NCBI GenBank assembly: GCA_020351995.1
Contig: CP070674.1
Coordinates: 3,299,747-3,363,746, forward strand
Direction: 5' to 3'
Length of the DNA: 64,000 nucleotides
Source: Candidatus Zixiibacteriota bacterium
GTDB taxonomy: Bacteria; Zixibacteria; MSB-5A5; GN15; FEB-12
Below the pieces are notes generated by a model, which saw only the letters and a program-made list of their open reading frames with translations, did not search any database and was not told the origin of the DNA. Position 1 is the stretch's first letter; each line of letters starts with the position of its first letter. The position numbers and the translations under genes are program-made. Shown here one piece after another: positions 18,541 through 26,931 of this stretch.

Positions 18541-19968
18541 ATGAAATCCACCGTGTTTGTAATCACTTTGATACTTTCAGTGCTTCTGCTTAGCGCCTCA
18601 ACAGCTACCTCGCAAGAATGGGGAGAAGTCACCGATGCTGAGTGGCAAATCGGTCCGCCTCCAGATTACCCCCAATCAGGGGCAGTTGTTATTTTCGATA
18701 TCGGACAGGCTACGGCCGAAATTAGGGGGCTTACACTGGAGCGGCATGTCCGGATGAAAGTTTTCAGTGATGACGGTGTCAAGGATATTGAGAAGGTCGA
18801 GATCGAGCACTTCTATTATGACAAGCTGTTCGACTTAAAGGCTCAGGTTATTCGGCCGGATGGTTCATCAGTTAAGTTTGACAAGGATGACTTCGAGATC
18901 ACCAAGAAAGGCGCCGTGAGAATCGCGACGTTCCGCTTTTCCAATGTTAGGGCCGGTGACATCTTGGAGTACCAATACAAAATTGATTACTATGGAGGTT
19001 TCGACAAACTTGGCCCGGAAAAGTACTTTCTGTTCAGCCAGGAAGTACGCTACTCCCAGTACCGGGCAAGAAAAGAGCGCGTCATGTACGTCTGGGACAG
19101 TGATAAGTTAAAGAACGTGTCCAATATTCCCACATGGTTTTTCGACCATCCAGTATTCTGCCTCTCGTCGACGTTTTCTGCAAAGCTGGGTTCCGATCTC
19201 GACTATGTATTTTTCACCACCAATGTCCCGGCAAACAAAGTGGAACCGGTGAGCAAGCGCATCAAGTTCATGACGGCAACTGCCTATAAGAGGCATACAT
19301 GGCAATTGGAGAATATCAGGCCATTTATCCCGGACAGCTCGGACATTTATAGCGAGGAGGTTCGGCGTAGCGCCCTATACTTCCAATTATTATCGACTCA
19401 AGGACAAAATCGCGTAATCCATGCGGTGTGTGCCGATAAACATCTACAGTATCTGGGCGAGAGCTTCCAGGGGTACTTGCACGAGTATGTAGCAACGACC
19501 AAGAAAATGCGAAATCTCGCGAGAAAGCTTGCCGGAGCAGGCGAGACACCAAGGCAGAAGGCCGAGATAATATATGACTGGGTTGTTTCAAACTATAGCG
19601 TCGATAGCAGCGGCTACGTACTTCGTCCTACGCAGAAAAATCTAAAGAAGGTTTTCACAGACAAGGAGGCCGCGCCTTTTGAATTGAATATATTGCTGGT
19701 GGAGATGCTCAAGATCGTCGGGTTTGACGCCTGGCAGGTATTGATCAGCACGCGCGACAAGCTCCCTTTCAGATATACAGGCAAGTTTAACCACATGCTG
19801 GCGCTGGTGGATATCGAAGGTGAGAGAGTGCTACTGGACGCCTCGGGCAAAGGATGTCCGTTCGGGCTGCTTCCTTCACCGTCAGTGGTGGCCAAAGGCG
19901 TTCTGGTGGATTATAATAACTCCCGGCCGATCGGCATATCCGGACAGGAGTGCAAGACGGAGATGTAG
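18541..19968 (+). CDS. Secreted DUF3857-like / transglutaminase-like domain protein
   Basis: GGGAGGA RBS and signal peptide MKSTVFVITLILSVLLLSASTATSQ at ATG 18541; the track ORF from 17893 is an antisense run-on. C-terminal IYDWVVSNY...FNHMLALVDIEGERVLLDAS resembles the transglutaminase core His/Asp, but the Cys position reads EAAPFE. Confidence 0.55.
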   Translation: MKSTVFVITLILSVLLLSASTATSQEWGEVTDAEWQIGPPPDYPQSGAVVIFDIGQATAEIRGLTLERHVRMKVFSDDGVKDIEKVEIEHFYYDKLFDLKAQVIRPDGSSVKFDKDDFEITKKGAVRIATFRFSNVRAGDILEYQYKIDYYGGFDKLGPEKYFLFSQEVRYSQYRARKERVMYVWDSDKLKNVSNIPTWFFDHPVFCLSSTFSAKLGSDLDYVFFTTNVPANKVEPVSKRIKFMTATAYKRHTWQLENIRPFIPDSSDIYSEEVRRSALYFQLLSTQGQNRVIHAVCADKHLQYLGESFQGYLHEYVATTKKMRNLARKLAGAGETPRQKAEIIYDWVVSNYSVDSSGYVLRPTQKNLKKVFTDKEAAPFELNILLVEMLKIVGFDAWQVLISTRDKLPFRYTGKFNHMLALVDIEGERVLLDASGKGCPFGLLPSPSVVAKGVLVDYNNSRPIGISGQECKTEM

Positions 19969-20197
19969 GATACGTCAACACCGTGTATCGTTCTAGTTCC
20001 GCTTCGGCTTGGGATCCTACCTGGATTCTCCGGTTACGGTACTACCTATAATTGCCTGCCGCCCCGTCCGCTTGAGAAGGGCGAGACGATGATCAGCGTG
20101 GCTGGGCACTTTGATCTGCGCATGATACGTTCCCTGGAAATGCATTCTGATACCAAAGCAAATATCGGAGCCGGCGGCAATTGCGAGGCCGTGACGC

Positions 20198-20333
20198 AGC
20201 CCGGACAGCCACGGTATGGCCTGGCAAAACAGGCCACGGCTTCACAGGACTAAACCCATCCACGCCCACAGCGCTGGTTCCTGCGTCACCTGGCAATCTA
20301 AGTAACGCGCCGGGAGTGGGCACTGGTTTTTCA
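20198..20333. repeat. Direct repeat copy B, starting about 20 nt after the radical SAM stop codon; carries a relic of the AsnB-like 5' end
   Basis: Same orientation as copy A, with the identical 22-mer at 20276-20297. On the minus strand LPGHTVAV aligns with MPGLIVIV of the AsnB-like N-terminus. Confidence 0.75.
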
Positions 20334-20353
20334 GCTTTTAGTATGGTGGCTAC

Positions 20354-21412
20354 CTAACCCGACACAGAAGAGTCAGAAGGTGGTGAAGCACCGCAGATGG
20401 CTACGAAGGGGTCGATTCTTTCCCGCGTGCCATAGCATTCATCGGCGGCCGCCGGGCAGCCACCGCGACACAGCTTTGCCATTGGATGCCGGCAACGGCG
20501 GCATTCCTTCGGCTCCGGCGCCCAGAAGTCGGTTGTCCTGGCACTATTGACAATATCAGCGAATGTTTCCCTGCACAGATCACCCAGCACCACCGAGGAA
20601 TGATTGCAAGGTCGCACCAGACTATTCCAGCCAATCGTGTAATAAGATTCTGAGCCTCCCCTTGGGCACCATCCAAAACTAAGCTTCCGGTATCGCTGGG
20701 GGTCCACCAGGCAGGGCGGGATTGGAACTGAGACAGCCACAGATATATCGTACTTTTCTGCCGTTTTCTCCGCCGCATCAAGGCTGGCCTGGAGCATGGT
20801 TGCGTCCGGAACAATCTGATCCGCCAGTGGAAGACACCGACGGCTCAGATTTACGCGATTCAACATTATGCCTTCGGCACCAAGTGCCAGTCCGAGTTCA
20901 ATTGTACGGCTTACGTCATGAGCGTTAAGCCGGGTTACCACCAGAGCCAGTACGAACCGTCCGCCATGCCGCTCCAGGCGCACGAGTCCGTCCAGAATGC
21001 TATCAAAAACGACCCGACCGGCAAGCCGGTTGTGCAGGTCGGCATCGGCACTGAAAAGCGTGACCTCAAACGCCGTACCAGTCGGAAATCTCTTAAGGCG
21101 AGCCTCGCCCAGCAGGGTTCCGTTGGTAATTACGACTGCGTTGAGACCGTCATCAGCCAGATCGCAGACGATCTCAGGCAGTTCTTCGTGAAGAAACGGC
21201 TCGCCGCCGGAGATCGCTACGGTGCTGAGCGGTGCGTCGTCCCTGACCTTACTGACCAGGTCACGGACTTCGCACCGCTCTAACCTACGGGGTTGATTTG
21301 CCTTGTCGGAATTGTGTTGCCAGTAATTGTAACAGTGGGCGCAACTGTTGTTACAGGCAGCGACAAGCTCAACGACAACCCGGTTGATGTCGCACTTAGC
21401 CTCTGATTGCAC
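20354..21412 (-). CDS. Radical SAM enzyme with C-terminal SPASM domain
   Basis: CX3CX2C (CNNSCAHC) at residues 20-27, and GGEP. The C-terminal Cys pattern C...GW..C...C...CRRCRHPMAKLCRGGCPA is typical of auxiliary SPASM clusters. Confidence 0.85.
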   Translation of the reverse strand: MQSEAKCDINRVVVELVAACNNSCAHCYNYWQHNSDKANQPRRLERCEVRDLVSKVRDDAPLSTVAISGGEPFLHEELPEIVCDLADDGLNAVVITNGTLLGEARLKRFPTGTAFEVTLFSADADLHNRLAGRVVFDSILDGLVRLERHGGRFVLALVVTRLNAHDVSRTIELGLALGAEGIMLNRVNLSRRCLPLADQIVPDATMLQASLDAAEKTAEKYDISVAVSVPIPPCLVDPQRYRKLSFGWCPRGGSESYYTIGWNSLVRPCNHSSVVLGDLCRETFADIVNSARTTDFWAPEPKECRRCRHPMAKLCRGGCPAAADECYGTRERIDPFVAICGASPPSDSSVSG

Positions 21413-21818
21413 CCCGGATCTTTCTTGCGAACTGTGGGGAGATGATCTTTTCGCGGACCATGTTTCGTATCAACGCCAGTCGCATTTCGTCTCCAAGCCT
21501 TCTCATCAGATCCGGTGCCGGGATGTAGCAGACTATAATCGGCCATCGTATCAGCCGTCTTTCCGGGGTGGGCCAGGTGCCGATGGCGACAATTTCAGTT
21601 TTTCGCCGTCTGGAGAACACAACAACTACATCTTTACCCACCAGCCGAGCGATTTCGGCCCTTGATGCGAAGGTTCCGATCGGTATTTCAGATCGGCGTC
21701 GCCCTACGATCACGTAGTACTTGCCGCGCTGGTACAGCACTTTGCCCCGCTTGGCTGTCCTCTCGGGCATCGGAACGGTGTCAATCGCAACGCTCGGACG
21801 TTTCCGCTTCAGTTTCAT
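21396..21818 (-). CDS. Basic 140-aa protein with an internal tandem repeat, function unknown; translationally coupled to the radical SAM gene
   Basis: GGAGGAG lies 6 nt upstream of the ATG, and the 3' end overlaps the rSAM start by 17 nt. Repeats are VIVGRRRSEIPIGTF and VVFSRRRKTEIVAIGTW. Confidence 0.6.
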   Translation of the reverse strand: MKLKRKRPSVAIDTVPMPERTAKRGKVLYQRGKYYVIVGRRRSEIPIGTFASRAEIARLVGKDVVVVFSRRRKTEIVAIGTWPTPERRLIRWPIIVCYIPAPDLMRRLGDEMRLALIRNMVREKIISPQFARKIRGAIRG

Positions 21819-22226
21819 AATGCGCTCCTCCTTTTTTAGGATCTTAAGTACCCGCCTTGACTTTCTTGTTTACTCTCCGCCGAGCGAAGCGAAAACTTCC
21901 TTAGAAAGAATGTGAGCGGGTACTTTATCCGGGTCGCTGAAAAAGTTGTTTCCGAGAGCGAAGCCAATTGCTCATATCCGGTCTTCGGCGGAAACCCCCG
22001 CACCTGGTGCAGTCCGATGTTTACCTGGTGCTCAGCAATGTTTGAAAGGGCGCTGTTGATTCTTAAGGCGAGTTGAAATTATTCCCCTGCCCGGAAGTTA
22101 AACCGACGTTCGCGCATGTCAAGCTGTTTTTTCCTCTATCACCGGGGGCCCAAGGAGACCCATCAATAACCGGACGTAACAGTTACCAGCACTTCAGGCG
22201 ACAATAGGTTATCAAAGTCCGGGACG

Positions 22227-23015
22227 TCAAAAGTGTTCTTTAAGCCAAGCGATGCGGTCGGGTGGTCCCGAGAGTTTCTCCGGCCAGTTCTCCCCCATGT
22301 TTTTCCGCGAAACCACGCATCGCACGCTAACGATATTCTCCAGCGAGTCAAAAGTCTCAATACCGCCGTACTGCTTCTCAAAAAAGATCGGGTAGTTGTA
22401 GCGGCTGGGCAGAGGTTTCATGTTCATGCGAGGTATCAGAAGCAGGGCACCGGTGAGGGCGGTCTGATGCAAAAAGATTCGCTTGTTGGCATCAGACTGG
22501 CACATCTCAGTCAGGCTCGGGTCGTTGTAAAGTATCTCGAAATCCTTGACCCAGCGGCGCAGGATTCCTTTTTCGGGCCGGGCCACAATCAGCCCGCAGT
22601 GGAAGTAGGCGCGAATGGTTTGCTTGTCGGCCGGTGTTACCATGGGAAAGAGCATATCCTCGTCAATCGACAGCAGTCCGTAAATGCGCTCCCAGAAGGG
22701 GTCCGGGGATTTTTCGAGAAGAGAACCCGAACGGTTGTGCATGACCGGGACGTAGGCGAAATCGACATCATCGGAAAGGTTGAAATGTGAGGGTTCGTCA
22801 ATTATAACGGTATCTTCATCCAGCCAGATAAGAATCTCGGTTTGCCCCTCGGCGGCGGTTTCCGCCTCGCCGGCGGCATATACTTTTCCCGCATAATAGA
22901 ACCACTTTGCTTCCTTCGGCACGGGCACCATTCTGATGTCAACTCCCTGAGAGCCAACCATCTCGAGCATTGGGATGTCACCCAGTTTCAGGCTGCTGGG
23001 GATATACAGCCGCAC
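22227..23015 (-). CDS. Hypothetical protein, possibly a GT-A-fold nucleotide-sugar transferase-like protein; true start probably upstream
   Basis: IWLDEDTVII is a DxD-like motif after a beta-strand. The frame stays open and protein-like to about 23168. AAGGGAGG at 23139-23146 precedes ATT/CTG at 23135/23132. Confidence 0.4.
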   Translation of the reverse strand: MRLYIPSSLKLGDIPMLEMVGSQGVDIRMVPVPKEAKWFYYAGKVYAAGEAETAAEGQTEILIWLDEDTVIIDEPSHFNLSDDVDFAYVPVMHNRSGSLLEKSPDPFWERIYGLLSIDEDMLFPMVTPADKQTIRAYFHCGLIVARPEKGILRRWVKDFEILYNDPSLTEMCQSDANKRIFLHQTALTGALLLIPRMNMKPLPSRYNYPIFFEKQYGGIETFDSLENIVSVRCVVSRKNMGENWPEKLSGPPDRIAWLKEHF

Positions 23016-23198
23016 TGGCGCTTGACTGAGGGCACCGGCGAAAGTCCGGACGCTTTTTGTTAAACGAGAAACATTTGCGAGGTCGTCGGCCGACTCGATG
23101 TAAGTGGCAAAGACATACTTGTGAGGGTCCAGAATGTCCTCCCTTCGTTCTCTACCCCTTGAACCATTCTAACTTTACGAAACTGAGGGCGGAGAGTT

Positions 23199-24392
23199 TC
23201 AGGCCGAGACGAGCCGATGGACCGTTATCTCGGACTTTGCCCCAATTCTGATTTGCGGGCCCCAATAACCGGTACCCCGACTGACATATATGAGGGTGTC
23301 ATCATGTTTATGAAGCCCGGAGATATACGGTTGAGTCATGGCGGCCAGGACATGATAAGGGAAGTATTGTCCGCCGTGGGTGTGACCTGATATTACAAAA
23401 TCGTAGCCCGCCCGCGCGGCCTCGAAAATGCTCTTCGGCTGGTGGGCTAACAGGATCTTTGGGCTGGAGTTGGCAGCCCCCTCGATAGCCTTACGCGGGT
23501 CGGAAAGGTGTTGCGCAGAGAAGCCACCGCCGGAATAGTCGGTGACCCCGGCCAAGACTATCTGCGCTTCTCCCTTACTTATTATCCGATGCTCATTAAG
23601 CAGGACATCGAAGCCCAATCGTGCGGTTTCCTCTAACCACGGCTGGACGCCGGAATAATATTCGTGGTTACCGGTGATGAAATACCGGCCATATGGAGCT
23701 TTGAGATCAGCCAGTGGCGCGACATCTCCCCCGAGTTGCCTGACCGAACCATCGACCAGATCGCCGGTCAGGGCAATCAGGTCAGGTTTGAGTTCGTTGA
23801 CAGCCCTGACAACCGTTTCGATGAATGGCCGTCTGACGGTGTGACTGACATGCAGATCGGTTATTTGGACAATTCGAAATCCTTCGAACTGTTCCGGGAG
23901 GCCTTTAATCGGGATATCCAGTTCGATGACATCGGGACGCCGCATCGCCTGATACATGCCATAACCGATTAATCCGGAAGTAACCCCCAGGAGGCCGAGG
24001 TTAATTGAATTCACCAGTATCCGGCGCCGCTGAGGATCAACGGTTTCGGAGACAGTATCTCCACTTCCGAGGGTCTGGCCGGCGAAGAAGATGCTTTTCT
24101 TAATGGCCATATAAATGAGCCAGCCGACGTCCTTGAACAGAAGCAGAGCGAAAAGCAGCGTGAGAAACCCGAAACTCAGATAGCCGACCCACGCAGCGAT
24201 GTCCACCGCAGTACCTTCAATTCCGTTGAAGCGCATGATTACAGGTACGAACGGCAGAAGGGCAAATATCACTAACACCACCCAGAGGATAAGACTCCAG
24301 GGCATTCCGAGCGCCGCCGGGATGATCATCCGCCACCCAATGTAGCCGTACATCAGGGACAAAACCGTTATGACCACGAAGAAAAACGACAT
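23199..24392 (-). CDS. Membrane-anchored metallophosphoesterase (calcineurin-like)
   Basis: N-terminal TM helices, then ITDLHVSH, LTGDLVDG, GNHEYY and GHTHGGQ. Confidence 0.85.
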   Translation of the reverse strand: MSFFFVVITVLSLMYGYIGWRMIIPAALGMPWSLILWVVLVIFALLPFVPVIMRFNGIEGTAVDIAAWVGYLSFGFLTLLFALLLFKDVGWLIYMAIKKSIFFAGQTLGSGDTVSETVDPQRRRILVNSINLGLLGVTSGLIGYGMYQAMRRPDVIELDIPIKGLPEQFEGFRIVQITDLHVSHTVRRPFIETVVRAVNELKPDLIALTGDLVDGSVRQLGGDVAPLADLKAPYGRYFITGNHEYYSGVQPWLEETARLGFDVLLNEHRIISKGEAQIVLAGVTDYSGGGFSAQHLSDPRKAIEGAANSSPKILLAHQPKSIFEAARAGYDFVISGHTHGGQYFPYHVLAAMTQPYISGLHKHDDTLIYVSRGTGYWGPQIRIGAKSEITVHRLVSA

Positions 24393-24456
24393 GTAAACTT
24401 TAGAGAAGTAAACACATTATATCCGGGTGCTGTTCCGCGGCCATAGTGGCGATCGG

Positions 24457-25203
24457 CTAAAAGCTCCAGACGGTGCCGACCAGAATGTAGTGCACCATGG
24501 TAAAGTTGTACACTTCGTCGTTGTCGGCCCCGCCCTCCAAGAGACGGTAGCCGACCTTTAGAGCTGCCCGTTCGGAATATTTTGTCATAAAGGCCAGGAA
24601 CACATCCTCAGCTCTTCCTTGCGGGGCAGCCAGGGCATCGCCTTCGAGCAGAATGTAAGTCCGTCTTCCGAGTTGAAGCTCAAGTTTGAAATTTATTAGT
24701 GGCACGAAGCCGGTATTAGTTTTCTCACCGACTTTTCCGTCGCCCCTGAGGATAATGGCGGCATCGCGGACTTTGGCCGTGACTCCAAGGCCCAGATTCA
24801 GTTTCTCCCTCTTTATGATATCATACCGATAGGTGAGCCGGTAAGAGTCGAAGCGGTAGGTTGCCTCGAGTTCGGAGCCTGCGTCAAAGATCTGATTCTG
24901 GAATATTATCGCACGATTCACGGTTCCGTCGGAGCGCAGCCGCAGAGGAGCAAAAAGTACGGAGAGGGTATGGCGCTCAGCGGGCATATAGCCTAAGCGA
25001 ACTCGTCCAACGATCCGGGGGTGTGAGTTAAGATCGTCTGTCAACGAGATATCAGTACCGGTGTCGCCTGGTATCCGAACATCATTGTATCCATTGAGCG
25101 CAACCCCGGTTTCGAAGTCGATTGACCAGGTCATTTTGGATTGAACCGGGATCACCGCCAGAGCCAGCATGGCAACAGTCATTAGAGAAATGCGAGCTAA
25201 CAT
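24457..25203 (-). CDS. Outer-membrane beta-barrel protein
   Basis: Signal peptide, amphipathic strand periodicity and a C-terminus of VWSF. Confidence 0.6.
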   Translation of the reverse strand: MLARISLMTVAMLALAVIPVQSKMTWSIDFETGVALNGYNDVRIPGDTGTDISLTDDLNSHPRIVGRVRLGYMPAERHTLSVLFAPLRLRSDGTVNRAIIFQNQIFDAGSELEATYRFDSYRLTYRYDIIKREKLNLGLGVTAKVRDAAIILRGDGKVGEKTNTGFVPLINFKLELQLGRRTYILLEGDALAAPQGRAEDVFLAFMTKYSERAALKVGYRLLEGGADNDEVYNFTMVHYILVGTVWSF

Positions 25204-25393
25204 AATAACCTCCCGGTGTGATGATAGCTCTTTTTGCGCCTAAACACAACGCCGCAATTTGCCATCGATGGCACTCCCCCAAGAATCCAACCGGCCCACG
25301 ACAACCGCGATAATCCATTAGTGACGAATGACTTACGGTCACACCTCGATATTGTGTTGAACAGGTTTGCCTTACGAGTAAATATGACGTATC

Positions 25394-26914
25394 TTGCGAA
25401 AGCTGTTTCAAGCGCTCCCTGGAAGACTCAACGTGGCAACGAACATTGACAAACCGGAGTGGACAAGAGCGACCGTAATGGAAGCACCCACCGTTCGAGA
25501 TTTGCCTAAACAATCCTTCCTAGCGTCGGCCCGGGCCGAGAAGGACCTGAACTTCCGGGCTATCATCCTGCGTCGGACCAGGTCAAGCATGATCGGCGTC
25601 GGCATTATCGGTTTGACAATCCCTCTCATATATATCATCGCTCTACTATTCATACTGGACCAGACTGTCTTTGTCTTTTCCGCTCCATCAGGATTCGCGA
25701 ACGCCATGATGCTCTGGGACAAAATGCTGATTATGATGATGGGCGCTGCCTCACTCATATTGTCAAAAACGCGTACCGGTCCACGCTGGGGGCGTTTGAT
25801 AATCGGGGGCATTATAGTCTCGGCCTGTTCAGCCACGCTTTCTGATGACCTTGCCCGGGGTGATTTATCGCTGTCGGTGGCCTGGTTGGCTCTTATCATG
25901 TTTGTCTCGCTTACTGTTCCCTATCGCGCCTGGCAGACACTGACGATTGGAGCCTGCGTGATAGCCGTCTTCGCCCTAGGTGTTCCCATCCTTCCCGCGG
26001 TGATCGGTTGGGAACCGGCTGTTGTCAGAGCCGAACATGTGATTTTCCTGGTTCTTGTGGCACTGGCATGCGCCATTATCAGCGGGTTATTGTATGGCGG
26101 TCTATACAATCAGTACCGCTCGCAACTTCTGCTGGCAGCGGCCAATCGCAAACTTCGAGAAGCACAGGCGCAGTTGGTGCAGTCGGCCAAGATGGCCTCC
26201 CTGGGCAACCTGGTTGCGGGAATCGCGCACGAAATCAACAATCCCCTGGGCGTAATTCACTCCAATGCCAATCTTACGGCAAGGGCAGTTGAAAAAGTAA
26301 GGTCCATCCTCGTTTCAGACACTGACAGGTCTGACGATGGCCCCCGCGGGGACATTCAACGATCATTAAAGCTTGTTACCGATATCACCTCAGCTACTTG
26401 CGAAGCTTCGAGCCGCATCGACAGTGTCATTCGGGCGTTGCGCAACTTTGCCCGACTTGATGAAGCTGACCTTAAGGAAGTCAACATACATGAGGGAATT
26501 GAGAGTGTAGTGACGATCCTGCCGCAATTTCCCCAGAAGAACATTGAGATAGTGAAGAACTTCGGCGAAGTGCCGCCTGTAACATGCTACCCCGGTCAGC
26601 TAAATCAAGTAATAATGAATCTTATCCAGAACGCCGTTGAAGCGATTGCCGAGGAAGGTACTATTACGATAAGCACGGGGATGGAAGGTGATTGGGTTGT
26701 TCTGAGTGTGGCCGACAACGGACGCGGTATTCCCGATGACGTAAAAGCGAAGGTTTTTGACCCGGGTTATACAACCAAAGGCGTCGGCGTAGGCACCGGT
26801 CTGGGGCTTTCTATATGTTATCGGATTGTAGAAAACCACGGGGGGCAAATCGATTTGTCAAGTTCCCCGGGTGAGGGAACACTGGTGACAGTGCGGCTTC
26901 CGGCGCAGGGTTGA
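25394..26914 (+). CDS. Membrane-bound sensor histidine kinase
   Basis: About 6 TM helices. H-box GIAHEINNPLG, N-box QNAVEA, G1 DNGRGIP and G2 GTGLGLSI. The start is uncertain (TTG 25394). Confidence 0.85.
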   Translation: MRKLFQALPGRLNVATNIDKPEWTRATVMEAPTVRDLPKQSFLASARAEKDLNFRAIILRRTRSSMIGVGIIGLTIPLIYIIALLFILDQTVFVFSAPSGFANAMMLWDKMLIMMMGAASLILSKTRTGPRWGRLIIGGIIVSACSATLSDDLARGDLSLSVAWLALIMFVSLTVPYRAWQTLTIGACVIAVFALGVPILPAVIGWEPAVVRAEHVIFLVLVALACAIISGLLYGGLYNQYRSQLLLAAANRKLREAQAQLVQSAKMASLGNLVAGIAHEINNPLGVIHSNANLTARAVEKVRSILVSDTDRSDDGPRGDIQRSLKLVTDITSATCEASSRIDSVIRALRNFARLDEADLKEVNIHEGIESVVTILPQFPQKNIEIVKNFGEVPPVTCYPGQLNQVIMNLIQNAVEAIAEEGTITISTGMEGDWVVLSVADNGRGIPDDVKAKVFDPGYTTKGVGVGTGLGLSICYRIVENHGGQIDLSSSPGEGTLVTVRLPAQG

Positions 26915-26931
26915 CGGCAGGCAGTATCACA

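Noticed and set aside
20046-20237. 63-aa minus-strand ORF (MACFARPYRGCPGC...) downstream of repeat copy B
   Set aside because: It lies in a different frame from the AsnB-relic homology. It has no RBS and overlaps a hairpin-forming GGCCTG/CAGGCC segment. It is most likely a chance ORF within decayed sequence.
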